A DNA stretch of 64,000 nt from an uncultured Chloroflexia bacterium (GTDB lineage: Bacteria; Chloroflexota; Limnocylindria; QHBO01): contig CAWGTN010000002.1 of assembly GCA_963825525.1 (NCBI GenBank), positions 1,035,829 to 1,099,828 on the forward strand, given 5' to 3'. The position numbers and the translations under genes are program-made. Below the pieces are notes generated by a model. It did no database searches and was not told where the DNA came from. It worked only from the letters and a program-made list of their open reading frames with translations. How positions within the stretch are numbered: the stretch's first letter is position 1; each line of letters opens with the position of its first letter. This document shows, in pieces, positions 9,273 through 18,465 of this stretch.

Positions 9273-12200
9273 CCGGACACAGAAAATGCCCCCGCCGGCG
9301 GACCGGCGGGGGCATTCCATTTGGACTCCCAGGGGCGTCGGACCGCTACTGGCCCGTTCTTGTTCCCCGGAACATTGATGAGCTGGACCTCGGCCCCTGC
9401 CGCGTCATCGGGTGACACGATCATGACGCCGAGCGGCTTCTGCTTCGCGTAGGCGGTGGCGCTCATCGCCAGGTCGAAGCTATCGGTGCCACCGGGTGCG
9501 ACCACCCGGAACGGGAACTCCTCGTCAGAGACCAGGGCCGGGTTCCACGGATCGAAGCGAGCCGTGCCGGACATGGCGTCCGAACCGGCGCCCTCGAGCG
9601 AGAAGCTCTGAACGCTATACGAGAAGCCGTTGTTCGCCGCAGTCAGGCCGAGATCGCTCGACAGCACGGGCAGCAGGTACGTGCTGCTGTCTGTCGGCGC
9701 CGACGCCCCGAACCCGGTGAACGACAGACCTCCCGTTGCCAGGTCGAGCACGAACGACGCCGGGATGCCGTTGAAGCTTCCCGTCGTGAGCGCGCCCAGG
9801 TCGAAGCCGATCACGACGTAGTCGGGCTGGCCATCTCCGTTGACGTCCACGATGACGTCGTACTCGTTGACGGCCGCGTTCGACCAACGGTCATGGGTGC
9901 TCAGCGCGAATACGATGAGCTCCTCGCCACCACCCAGGTCGAATGACTGGACGCCGGCCGCCTGCAGGTCGTAGCCCGAGCCTCCGAGCACTGCCTCGTT
10001 GACGTCGTTCTTGTCCTGCAGACCCCACTGGTACACGTCTGCCGAGCCGGCGATCACGCCGTTCGGATTCGTCACCGTGAACGTGGAGGCCTTGCCGTTC
10101 GCCGTGAGCTTGCCGGTCGTCTCGATGGTCGACAGTGCTCGCGGAACGAGCAGGTACGGAACACGCAGGGTGACCGCGTCATTCGAGAGCACCACGTTGC
10201 CGCTCACCTGCCGGAAACCGGCAGAGTTGCCCGCCGAGGCGGCCGGGACATTGAGGGTCACCGCCAGGGTGACCTCGCCGCCCGCCGGGACGAGCACGCT
10301 GCCCGACCCCGGGACCACCGAGTGCGTCCGGCTCCCCGGGCCGGCGACTGACGACGTGTTCAACGTGACGTCGGCGTCGCTGACGTTGCGCACGGTGATC
10401 TCGCGAGTCTCGCTGTGGTTCGCTCCCAGCTCATCGAACCCGAAGCTCAGGTTCGAATTGTGGAAGTCAGCAAGGCCGAGGTCCGGATTGCCGGCGACCA
10501 TGTCGCCCAGTGCCACGACGGGCGTCGAGATCGCCGATGCCGGCGATACCAGCCCGGTTCCGGCTCGGGTAACGAGGTATCCGGCCATTGCGTTCGGATC
10601 TCCCGTATTCGAGATGGCCGCCTTGACCTCCTCGACCGTCCAATCCGGATGTGCCTGGCGGACGAGGGCCGCGACACCCGCCACGTGCGGCGAGGCCATG
10701 GACGTGCCCGACAGGATGTGGCCCTTGGTACCGGTGCCGGCGGCCGTGGACATCGTGCTCACACCCGGAGCTGAAATGTCCGGCTTGAGCGCGCTGTCCC
10801 CGTTGCGGGGGCCGCCGGAGCTGAAGCTGGCGAACCCGCGGAAGCCGGGGTTCGGAAGGTCGACGATCGTCGTGGTCGCCGTTGCCGCGGCACGCAGGGC
10901 CGTTGCATCGGCGCTGTTGAGCGGACCCTGGACGCCGAGGAACGGAATCGTCACCTCGAACGTCTCGCCGGTGTCCGGGTTGCCGGCGATCGGCCCCTCG
11001 TACGGCGGGTAGCCGGCGCTCGAGTTGATCATGGCGACCGCATCGGCCCCGGCCTGCTGGCCGAACACCGCGCGGGCGACGCGGGCGCACGTTCCGCGCT
11101 CGGTCACCGCCAGGACGTTGTCGTCGCCCTCGCTGATCCCGTTACTGGTGAATGCCTCGACCGAGCAGCCGAGACGCTCGTTCTCCGCGGTTCCCGCAAC
11201 ATCCTGCAGCACCACGATGTCGTACACCGTGCCGTCCGCCGGAGCGACACCGTTGGCCGCGAGGGCCACGATGCTGGTGCCGGTATTCAGCGCCAGCTGG
11301 ACGCCGGTGAAGTTCTCGGTGCTATCGACCGCCGCGGTGGAAATGGCACCGGTGCCGGTTCCGGGCGAGCCGGTGATGTACTGCGACGAGCCGCTGTTGC
11401 CGGCCGACGTCACCACGATGACACCGCTGGCCGCGGCATTCGTCGAGGCAACGGCCGACGGGTCGTCGCCGCGCCCGAACGAGGACCCGAGCGACATGTT
11501 GATGACGTCCATGTCGTGATCAACGGCCCATTCGATGGCCTCGACGGTCACGTCCGTCGAACCATCGCAGCCGAAGACCCGAAGGCCGTAGAGCTCGGCC
11601 TGCGGCGCGACGCCGGGACCGATCTCGAAATCGTTGTCGTGAGTCGTGCTGTCGTACGGCCCGGCATACGTCGATCCGTCATCGAGCACGCCGAAGCCGG
11701 TCGCCGTCCCTGAGACGTGGGATCCGTGGCCGCTGCTGCCATCGGTGTAGACGCAGTCGAGCGGATCTGGGTCGGGATGCGGGATCAGCTGTGGCGATCC
11801 CTCGTCAGCGGCGGCGTCGTAGTCGTCGCCGACGAAGTCGTATCCGCCCTTGACCTTCGGAGCCGCGGCGCCGAACCAGGCGGCATCCTCCGCTCCGAGC
11901 GTCGTGTCGGCCGCATTGGCGGCCTCGTAGGCCTCGACCGTGCCCGGGCCACCGAAGTTGGCGTGGGTGTAGTCGACGCCGGTGTCGATGACGGCGATCT
12001 TGACGCCGGTCCCGGTGTAGCCGAGATCCTCCCAGACTCCGGCCGGAACGCCGAGGAAGGGAACGCTGGATTCGTTGCCGGGAGTCTGCAGCTGCAGTCC
12101 GCGCACGGCGATCACGTTTGGAAGGCCGGCCAGCGCCGCGACGTCCTTGCGCGCGACCTGGACCTTGATGCCGTTATAGGCGGACTGAAGCTGAGCGAGG

Positions 12201-12525
12201 ACGCGGCCACCGTTGGCATTGATCTGGCCCTTGATGGCGTCCTGTCGGCCCTTCAGCTCGGCCTTGATCCGGGCGCGCTCGGCCTTGGAGAGCTCGCGAT
12301 TCTTTGCGCGAGACTCGACGACCGCGACCGGGTCGCCACGGAGCTCGAGCATCACGTTGATGATGCGAGCGTCATCGACGGCGTTCGGAAGGATGTCGGG
12401 ATCGATGGGGCCGGCGCCCGGCAGGGTGGGGAAGAATCGGTCGATCTGGGATGGGTCACGCGCCAGGGTGGTGCTCGGAATGAGGAGCGCCAACAGGGTC
12501 ACGATGACCGTCAATCGTCGTAACA
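9212..12525 (-). CDS. Secreted subtilisin-like serine protease (peptidase S8 with I9 propeptide and C-terminal beta-rich domains)
   Basis: Catalytic motifs VAVIDTGVD (Asp), HGSHVSGTA (His) and GTSMASPHVAG (Ser) are present. The signal peptide is VLRRLTVIVTLLALLIPSTTLA. GTG start at 12525, with GGAGG 9 nt upstream. The 1486-aa track ORF is read-through into the agmatinase region. Confidence 0.85.
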
Positions 12526-12576
12526 CGAATTCGGAAACCTCCGCTCGGGCAGGGAACAATTGCTCGACCGCAGGGC

Positions 12577-12677
12577 GGTCGATTGCGGAACAGGTCGATC
12601 CGAAACTGGGTCGATAGGCGACGTCCCCCGTGCAGGCTCGACCGAGCCAGGGCGTAGGCAAGGGTGAGGCGGTCGAT
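12577..12677. promoter_or_regulatory. Four direct GGTCGAT heptamer repeats in the subtilisin upstream region
   Basis: GGTCGAT occurs at 12577, 12593, 12609 and 12671 (plus-strand coordinates). The first three are 16 bp apart. They lie 50-150 bp upstream of the minus-strand subtilisin start. Confidence 0.4.
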
Positions 12678-12741
12678 GCTAGTCCCGCCGCTTCCGGCGC
12701 GTCAAATCTATGACGACCGTGGACGATCCACCGCGTTGACC

Positions 12742-13641
12742 CTATGCACCACCAAGCAGGCAACCGATCAAGCGAGTCACGGTCAGCGCCGAGAGCTGGT
12801 TGACGTCCCGATCGGGGACGAGCTCGGTGAACACGGCCCCGACCACGCGGTCGCGAACGCCGGCAAGGAGGTCCCACGCCTCGGGGTAGGTCAGGCCACC
12901 CGGCGTCAGTGCCGAAACAGCCGGTATGACCGAGGGGTCCATCCCGTCGCAGTCGAAGCTCACGAAGACCGATGCGTCCGGCGGGCACATGCTCGAGCAC
13001 CCAGGCGATGCCCCGCTCGCGAACATCCCGCGCGGTGATCAGCAGGTTGCCGGCGGCACGCGCCGCCTCGACGTCCTCGCCGCGCGCCGACCCGACGCCC
13101 CGCAGGCCGACCTGGATGATGCGGGCCACGTGGTCCATCTCGGACGCGCGACGCATCGGCGACGAGTAGCCCTCGCGCACCCCGTCAACTTCGTCCCGGA
13201 AGTCGAGGTGGGCGTCGACCTGCAGGATCGTCAGCGGTCCGCGGTTCGCGAACGCGCGGAGGATCGGGATCGGGACGGAGTCGTCACCGCCCAGGCAGAT
13301 CGGCATCGCGCCGCGGTCGAGGATGGCGGCCACGGCCTCGGTGATCCGCGCGCTGTTTCCCGGGCCGTCATCGGCGGCACCGGGGACGTCGCCGGCATCG
13401 GTGAACGGGCGCGGGCGCACGGCGCATCGGCGTCGAAGTCCCAGTGATCGAGGAAGCGGGCAAGGCCCGCAGCGCGGTCGCGGATCGCGGCGGGGGCATC
13501 GGCGCATCCGACGGTCGCGCCCGGGCTCGGGTAGGGCCATCCGAAGGGAACGCCGAGCACCGCGATCCCCGGCTCGAGGCGATCGAGGTCGGTCTCGATG
13601 GGCGCACCGAGGAATCCCACGTCGGGGCGGTTCGTTCTCAC
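12742..13641 (-). pseudogene. speB: Agmatinase/arginase-family ureohydrolase disrupted by two frameshifts
   Basis: The N-terminus MRTNRPDVGFLGAPIETDLD...FLDHWDFDADAP (frame of ORF 13231..13641) continues in a +1 frame as PFTDAGDVPG...ICLGGDDSVPIPILRA...LQVDAHLDF. It returns to the first frame for the C-terminus VFVSFDCDGMDPSVIPAVSALTPGGLTYPEAW (ORF 12742..13026). The shifts are near 13400 and 13030. Confidence 0.65.
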
Positions 13642-13653
13642 GGAGGCAGCCTA

Positions 13654-14103
13654 TCAGCCGGCGGTGGCGCACTCGCGACAGCGGCCGACCAGCGTGACGT
13701 GGCCGATGTCGATCTCGAACCCATCGTCCGCACGCAGGGCGTTCGCCACGGCATCGCCGCGTTCAGCGTCGATCTCCCAGCTCCGCCCGCACTCGGCGCA
13801 GTGCAGGTGTCCGTGCTCGTCGAGCGGCCGGACGTGGAACTCCTCGTGGCCATCGGGTCCATGGCCGTGGCGGAGCAGCCCAAGCTCCTCGAGGACATCA
13901 AGCGTCCGATACACGGTCGAGGCGATCGTCTTCGCGTCGCGAGCCCGACAGCGTTCGAGCAGCTCCGCGCCGGAGATGTGGCCGTCGGCGCGTGCCAGCA
14001 CCTCGATCACGGTTCGGCGCTGCGGCGTCCAGCGCAGGCCCCGAGCTCGCAGTCGTTCACCGACGGAATCCCACGGTGCGGGGAGTGATTCGGTCGCGTC
14101 CAT
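13654..14103 (-). CDS. Fur-family metal-responsive transcriptional regulator (Nur/Zur-like)
   Basis: There is a winged-helix N-terminus, HxH and CxxC...CxxC metal sites (HCAECG...CRECA). It is divergent from a NiCoT transporter gene. Start is taken at MDATESLP. Confidence 0.8.
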   Translation of the reverse strand: MDATESLPAPWDSVGERLRARGLRWTPQRRTVIEVLARADGHISGAELLERCRARDAKTIASTVYRTLDVLEELGLLRHGHGPDGHEEFHVRPLDEHGHLHCAECGRSWEIDAERGDAVANALRADDGFEIDIGHVTLVGRCRECATAG

Positions 14104-14131
14104 TGCCCGTAGTCTATGCTGATCGCCGTTG

Positions 14132-14147
14132 TTGCAAGCCGTTGCAA
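14132..14147. promoter_or_regulatory. Candidate Fur-family (Nur-like) operator TTGCAA-gccg-TTGCAA
   Basis: Two palindromic TTGCAA hexamers are separated by 4 nt in the 78-bp divergent intergenic region between the Fur-family gene and the NiCoT gene. The Streptomyces Nur box consensus, as I recall it, is TTGCAA-N5-TTGCAA. Confidence 0.45.
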
Positions 14148-14180
14148 TAGCCTTGTCCCCCACCGATCGACTCGACGGGA

Positions 14181-14990
14181 GTGCCGATGTCTCAGCTCCT
14201 CGCCCTGGCCGGATTCGGATTTCTGCTCGGCATGCGCCACGCGACCGATGCCGATCACGTCATCGCCGTGACCACGATCCTCAACCGCAGCCGACGGTTC
14301 GCGCACACGACGCTCATCGGCGCTCTGTGGGGATTGGGCCACACGATCACCGTCGTCATCGTGGGCGTGCTGATCATCGCGTTCAACGTCGTCATCCCGC
14401 CGCCGGTCGGGCTGGCCATGGAGTTTGCCGTGGCGCTCATGCTCATCGGGCTCGGCATCCTGAACCTCACCGGCGGGATGCGGGCATTCACCGAGCGCCT
14501 CACGCCGCCGGCCCCGATCCATGGCCATGAGCATGAGCACGTCCATGCCCACGATGACGAGCCATCAGACCACGCCCACGGGCATGCCCACCTCCATGGA
14601 CACGGCACCGATCCGCACCTCGGTGGGCCGGCAGGCATCGTCGCCACCTTCGGCTGGTATCAGCTGCTGCGGCCCGTGGTCGTTGGCCTGGTGCACGGTC
14701 TGGCGGGCAGCGCGGCCGTGGCGCTCCTGGTGCTTGCCACCATCGAGGACACCGGCACCGCGATCGGCTACCTCGTGATCTTCTGCATTGGCGTGGCCGC
14801 CGGGATGGCCGCACTGACCACCGTCATCGGCCTTCCGTTCTGGGTGGCGCGCGCGCGGTCCCAGCAGATCAACCGATGGCTGACCCTCGGCTCCGGAATC
14901 CTGTCACTGGCGTTCGGGATCTACCTGGGCTACCAGATCGGGATCGTCGACGGCCTGTTCACCGGCAACTTCCAGTGGGATCCCGCCTGA
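14181..14990 (+). CDS. NiCoT-family nickel/cobalt transporter with a His-rich loop
   Basis: The signature GMRHATDADHVIAV (the HAxDADH motif of HoxN/NixA-type permeases) is present. There is a His-rich loop HGHEHEHVHAHDDEPSDHAHGHAHLHGHG and 7-8 TM segments. Confidence 0.8.
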   Translation: MPMSQLLALAGFGFLLGMRHATDADHVIAVTTILNRSRRFAHTTLIGALWGLGHTITVVIVGVLIIAFNVVIPPPVGLAMEFAVALMLIGLGILNLTGGMRAFTERLTPPAPIHGHEHEHVHAHDDEPSDHAHGHAHLHGHGTDPHLGGPAGIVATFGWYQLLRPVVVGLVHGLAGSAAVALLVLATIEDTGTAIGYLVIFCIGVAAGMAALTTVIGLPFWVARARSQQINRWLTLGSGILSLAFGIYLGYQIGIVDGLFTGNFQWDPA

Positions 14991-15009
14991 GCCCTGGTGC
15001 CTGGGGCGG

Positions 15010-15582
15010 TCAACCCGGACTGCGGGTGAACCAGCTGCCGGAGACCGCGAGCACGTAGATCACGAACGCGTTGGCCGCGACGAGCGCAAGGTTGAGGACG
15101 GCACCGTCCGAGCTCCCGAGGCCCCCGAGGGCCAGGAGACCGGCGATGGCCGCAACGACGATCCCGGTGATCCGCGCCCAGCTCGCGCCGGAGAGCACCT
15201 TGATGCCGGACACGAGCTGCAGTGCGCCGAAGCCCACCACGATGATCACGACCACGAAGATCGCCCCGGCAAACGCGCCGAAGGCGGAGCCGAGGCCCGG
15301 CAGGTCCGTCTGAGACGCCGCGCCACCGGCGGCCCCGGCAAAGATCGCGACCCCGAGCAGAAGGATGACTCCGATGAGCAGCGTGATCGCCCCGAGCACG
15401 ATGAGCGTCACGCCCGCTGCGGTGACCAGTCCTGGCCGGCCTCCGGTGGCCGGCATGGCGTTGGAAACGGGTGATGGCGTCGGCGGGGGCATGGACTCGG
15501 TCACGGATCTGGTCCTCCACACGTGATCGGGCGGTCTCGGTGCCGCCCGTTCGGTTGAGTCTACCGGGCGCTTGTCCGCCAC
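15010..15582 (-). CDS. Hypothetical integral membrane protein (Gly/Ala-rich TM helices)
   Basis: Four hydrophobic helices follow a Pro-rich N-terminus. The start is uncertain (MADKRP or MPPPTP). Confidence 0.5.
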   Translation of the reverse strand: MADKRPVDSTERAAPRPPDHVWRTRSVTESMPPPTPSPVSNAMPATGGRPGLVTAAGVTLIVLGAITLLIGVILLLGVAIFAGAAGGAASQTDLPGLGSAFGAFAGAIFVVVIIVVGFGALQLVSGIKVLSGASWARITGIVVAAIAGLLALGGLGSSDGAVLNLALVAANAFVIYVLAVSGSWFTRSPG

Positions 15583-15640
15583 ACGGCCATGCCGCTGCGA
15601 GCACGACCCGGGGCGTCGTCTGGCGCCCCGGGCCGGTCCC

Positions 15641-16414
15641 TCAGTCGCGAACGCCCTCCGCCACCGGATAGCTGATCTCGAGCGGCTTTCCGGTCTCGAG
15701 CAGCGTCTTCATGCTCGACAGGATCGGCACCCAGCCGTGGGCAACCGACTTGTACGTCTCGGTCTCGGACTCGAAACCATCGTGGACGAGGGTCAGCAGC
15801 GAGGTCTCGCCACGAGCCTCGATCGACCAGGTGCATCGGCTTGACTCGTCGCTGCCGGGGAAGCCGAAGGTGTGGACGAGCTTGTTCGGCGGATCGGCCT
15901 CCATCACCTCGCACGAGATGGCGACGCTGCCGTCCGGGTTGCGATAGGTCAGCGGTGAGCCGGGTTTCCAATCGGACTCGACGCTGTTGCTGTAGTAGTA
16001 CTGCTTCGTGAACTCGGACTCGGTCAGCGCCTGCCACACCTGCTCGGGCTTGGCGGCGATGTAGACCTCGAAGACGTGCTTGAGATCGGTCATGGGTCGT
16101 TTCTCCACGCTGTACTTGATGTCCGCCATCGTGTTGACCAGGGGCTCCGCGTAGCGGCTGATCCAGCGGTCGGCGATGAGGCGGATGGGAACCGGGTTGA
16201 GGAAGTGGAGCTTTCGGCGGCCGTCGCGGCGGGTCGTGACGAGGTGCGCATCCTCGAGCACCCGCAGGTGCTTCATGACGCCGAAGCGGGTCATCTGGGG
16301 CAGCGCTTCCTCCAGGTCACCCAGCGTCAATCCGTCCTGCTCGCGAAGCCGATCCAGGAGCCTGCGCCGATGCGGATCGGCGAGCGCCCGGAATGCAGCC
16401 TCCAGCTCTTCCAT
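15641..16414 (-). CDS. ArsR-family HTH regulator fused to an SRPBCC/AHSA1-like domain
   Basis: The N-terminus MEELEAAFRALADPHRRRLLDRL...MTRFGVMKHLRVLEDAHLV is an ArsR wHTH. The C-terminal 160 aa (FEVYIAAKPEQVWQALTESEF...) are AHSA1/SRPBCC-like. Confidence 0.8.
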   Translation of the reverse strand: MEELEAAFRALADPHRRRLLDRLREQDGLTLGDLEEALPQMTRFGVMKHLRVLEDAHLVTTRRDGRRKLHFLNPVPIRLIADRWISRYAEPLVNTMADIKYSVEKRPMTDLKHVFEVYIAAKPEQVWQALTESEFTKQYYYSNSVESDWKPGSPLTYRNPDGSVAISCEVMEADPPNKLVHTFGFPGSDESSRCTWSIEARGETSLLTLVHDGFESETETYKSVAHGWVPILSSMKTLLETGKPLEISYPVAEGVRD

Positions 16415-16761
16415 GCCGGCGACTATAGGTGACCGTGTGGTCACGTGTCAATCCAGCCGGTGGGCCGCCTCGCGCGCCTCGCATGCCTGCCAAATTCATC
16501 CCACATGCACACGCCACGACCAACGTGGGCGAATCTTCGCCACCCTGCAGCCCGAACGCTGCAGGTGGCAAGGTCTGGCCAGCTCCCCGCGCCGCATGCG
16601 CGGGCCACATGAATCTGGCGAAATCCGGCCGGTACCCGGGCCCGTTCGACGAACCTCAGCTCGTCGGGATCGGCGCTCCACGGGCAATCACCTTGACCGG
16701 GCGCTATCCGGGACCGACGATGTGACGAGCGGCTCCAGCCAGCCGCAGTGGAGGGACGACA

Positions 16762-17223
16762 ATGGAGCGAGAAGCCTCAGCTCAATCTCGCCGCAATCCG
16801 ACCTCGGTGAAGGCTTGGTGGATCGTAGCGGCCATCGTCGCAGCGATCCTCCTCCTCGGCGTGTTGCCGTGGCGCCTGACGGGCCAGCACGTCAATCTCG
16901 TGGTGGTGAACGAGTCCGGCCGGCCGGTGCAGTTCCAATGGCAGCCGGGCCTGTTCCTCGAGAAGGCGTCCGTGACCCGGAATGGCTGCGAGTCCAGTTC
17001 GATGGATCTTCAGGCGGGACTGGAATGGAGCCTGACCGCGGACGACGGCGCGACGGTTCTCGACTCTGCGGCAGTCGAGGTTCCGCTCTTCACCGAGCGA
17101 GTCCTCGTCGAGGTTCGGCTCAGTGAGCAGGGCGATGTCAGCATCGGCCCGCCGCGATCCGTCGACACGCCGATCGACGCACCCGATTTGGACTGCGTGG
17201 GCAACACTGCAGCGGAGGGCTGA
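16762..17223 (+). CDS. Hypothetical membrane-anchored protein
   Basis: A single N-terminal TM segment (AWWIVAAIVAAILLLGVL) is followed by a soluble domain. No family is recognisable. Confidence 0.45.
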   Translation: MEREASAQSRRNPTSVKAWWIVAAIVAAILLLGVLPWRLTGQHVNLVVVNESGRPVQFQWQPGLFLEKASVTRNGCESSSMDLQAGLEWSLTADDGATVLDSAAVEVPLFTERVLVEVRLSEQGDVSIGPPRSVDTPIDAPDLDCVGNTAAEG

Positions 17224-17272
17224 TGAGGCGGCCGTGCCACCGGTCTCGCCGCCACTCCCCGCGACGAGTCGA

Positions 17273-17659
17273 CTACTCCTGATTCGTCCTGCCGAACCCG
17301 ATGTCCACCACTTCCCGGGTGCCATCTGCGAAGTGGGCGATCACCTGGCCGACCCCTTCGCCGGCGTCGCAATGCTCCGCGTCGCACGTCACAACGACTT
17401 GAACGACGGCGGGATGCTCAGGGGAGAGGCTGAGCAGGCCGACTCTGGCGCGCGACAGGCAGTGCTCCGGAGCCATCTCATCAGCGCAGGCGACGGGCAC
17501 TCCGTCGACCGTCAGAGCCGGAGCGGTCGGGGCGGGGGCAGTCGGGAGCGGAGTCGGCGACGTATCGAACGGACCGCAGGCGCCGATGAGGGTCAGCGCC
17601 GCCAGGACCGCGGCGGTTCTCGCAGCAGATCGCACCAGATCCTCGAACGTGCCGGTCAC
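17273..17659 (-). CDS. Putative lipoprotein, hypothetical
   Basis: The signal peptide carries a lipobox (AAVLAALTLIGAC). Confidence 0.55.
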   Translation of the reverse strand: MTGTFEDLVRSAARTAAVLAALTLIGACGPFDTSPTPLPTAPAPTAPALTVDGVPVACADEMAPEHCLSRARVGLLSLSPEHPAVVQVVVTCDAEHCDAGEGVGQVIAHFADGTREVVDIGFGRTNQE

Positions 17660-17748
17660 GATGATCCTCGCTGTTTCTCACTATCGGGCAGGTCGCGCAA
17701 CATCTTGACAGCGCCGTCCGATGACTGACCACAGGCTACACTTGGCGA

Positions 17749-17937
17749 ATGTCAGAGCCGATGGTCTGCGATTCGTGCGGCAAGAGCGTCGCACCGGGCA
17801 CCCCGGCATTCGGCGACCGACGGCGGATCGACGAGGGGCGATTCCTGTGCGGCGAGTGCGCCAGGGCCGACAAGGCTGCTGAACCGCCCGGCGCCCCGGT
17901 ATCGATGCCGAATACGAACTTCCCGAACACGCACTGA
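17749..17937 (+). CDS. Small zinc-ribbon protein (CxxC...CxxC)
   Basis: The translation MVCDSCGKSVAPG...FLCGECARA is 62 aa. It has no family support. Confidence 0.4.
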   Translation: MSEPMVCDSCGKSVAPGTPAFGDRRRIDEGRFLCGECARADKAAEPPGAPVSMPNTNFPNTH

Positions 17938-17966
17938 CGGCGCCACCGCGCCGGAGAACCGACCGC

Positions 17967-18381
17967 TCAGAGGAAGCGCAGCTCGTCGGCCTCGGGGCGA
18001 TCCACGGCGCGGGCGCAGGTCGGGCACCACAGCCGCGCCTCGACGGGCGTGCCGCACAGGGCGTGACGCATCGGCTCCGCGTGGGCCGAACCGCGAGACC
18101 CCCAGTCGGCAAGCAAGCGCAGGACGCCGGCCAGCTCCAAACCTTCGTCAGTGAGCGCATAGGTGAAACGTGGCGGCCGCTCCGAGTAGGGAGTGGCGCG
18201 CAGGATCTTCTCCCCCTCCAGGCGCTTCAGGCGATCGGACAGGATGTTCGGCGCAATCCCATCCACGGTCTCCGATAGCTCACCGAATCGGCGCGGGCCG
18301 TCGAGCAGCGCCTCGATGAGCAGGAGGCTCCATCGATCTCCGACGCGTTCGAGCGCCGCGGCAAGGGGTGTCTGGGAGGCC
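17967..18381 (-). CDS. HxlR-family (MarR-like) transcriptional regulator with a Cys-containing C-terminal extension
   Basis: The translation DRWSLLLIEALLDGPRRFGELSETVDGIAPNILSDRLKRLEGEKIL is a typical HxlR wHTH. Start is taken at MASQTPL. Confidence 0.75.
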
Positions 18382-18430
18382 ATCGGCTGATCGTAGGGCA
18401 TCGGCCTTGACACCGGCTGTCGAAGGAGTA

Positions 18431-18447
18431 ACTTGCGCATTGCAAGT
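18431..18447. promoter_or_regulatory. Inverted repeat ACTTGC-gcatt-GCAAGT, candidate HxlR operator
   Basis: A 6-bp perfect inverted repeat with a 5-nt spacer lies in the 85-bp divergent intergenic region between the HxlR gene and the HtrA-like gene. Confidence 0.4.
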
Positions 18448-18465
18448 CACATGCTACTGACGGAG

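Noticed and set aside
9212-13672. Single 1486-aa ORF reported by the six-frame track
   Set aside because: Only 9212..12525 is the subtilisin, which has its own signal peptide, RBS and GTG start. The upstream part is stop-free read-through across the intergenic region and the middle frame of the frameshifted agmatinase gene.
16429-16725. 98-aa ORF with a repeated GRYPGP peptide
   Set aside because: The peptide repeat reflects a DNA-level direct repeat and palindromes in a structured intergenic region. There is no coding signature.
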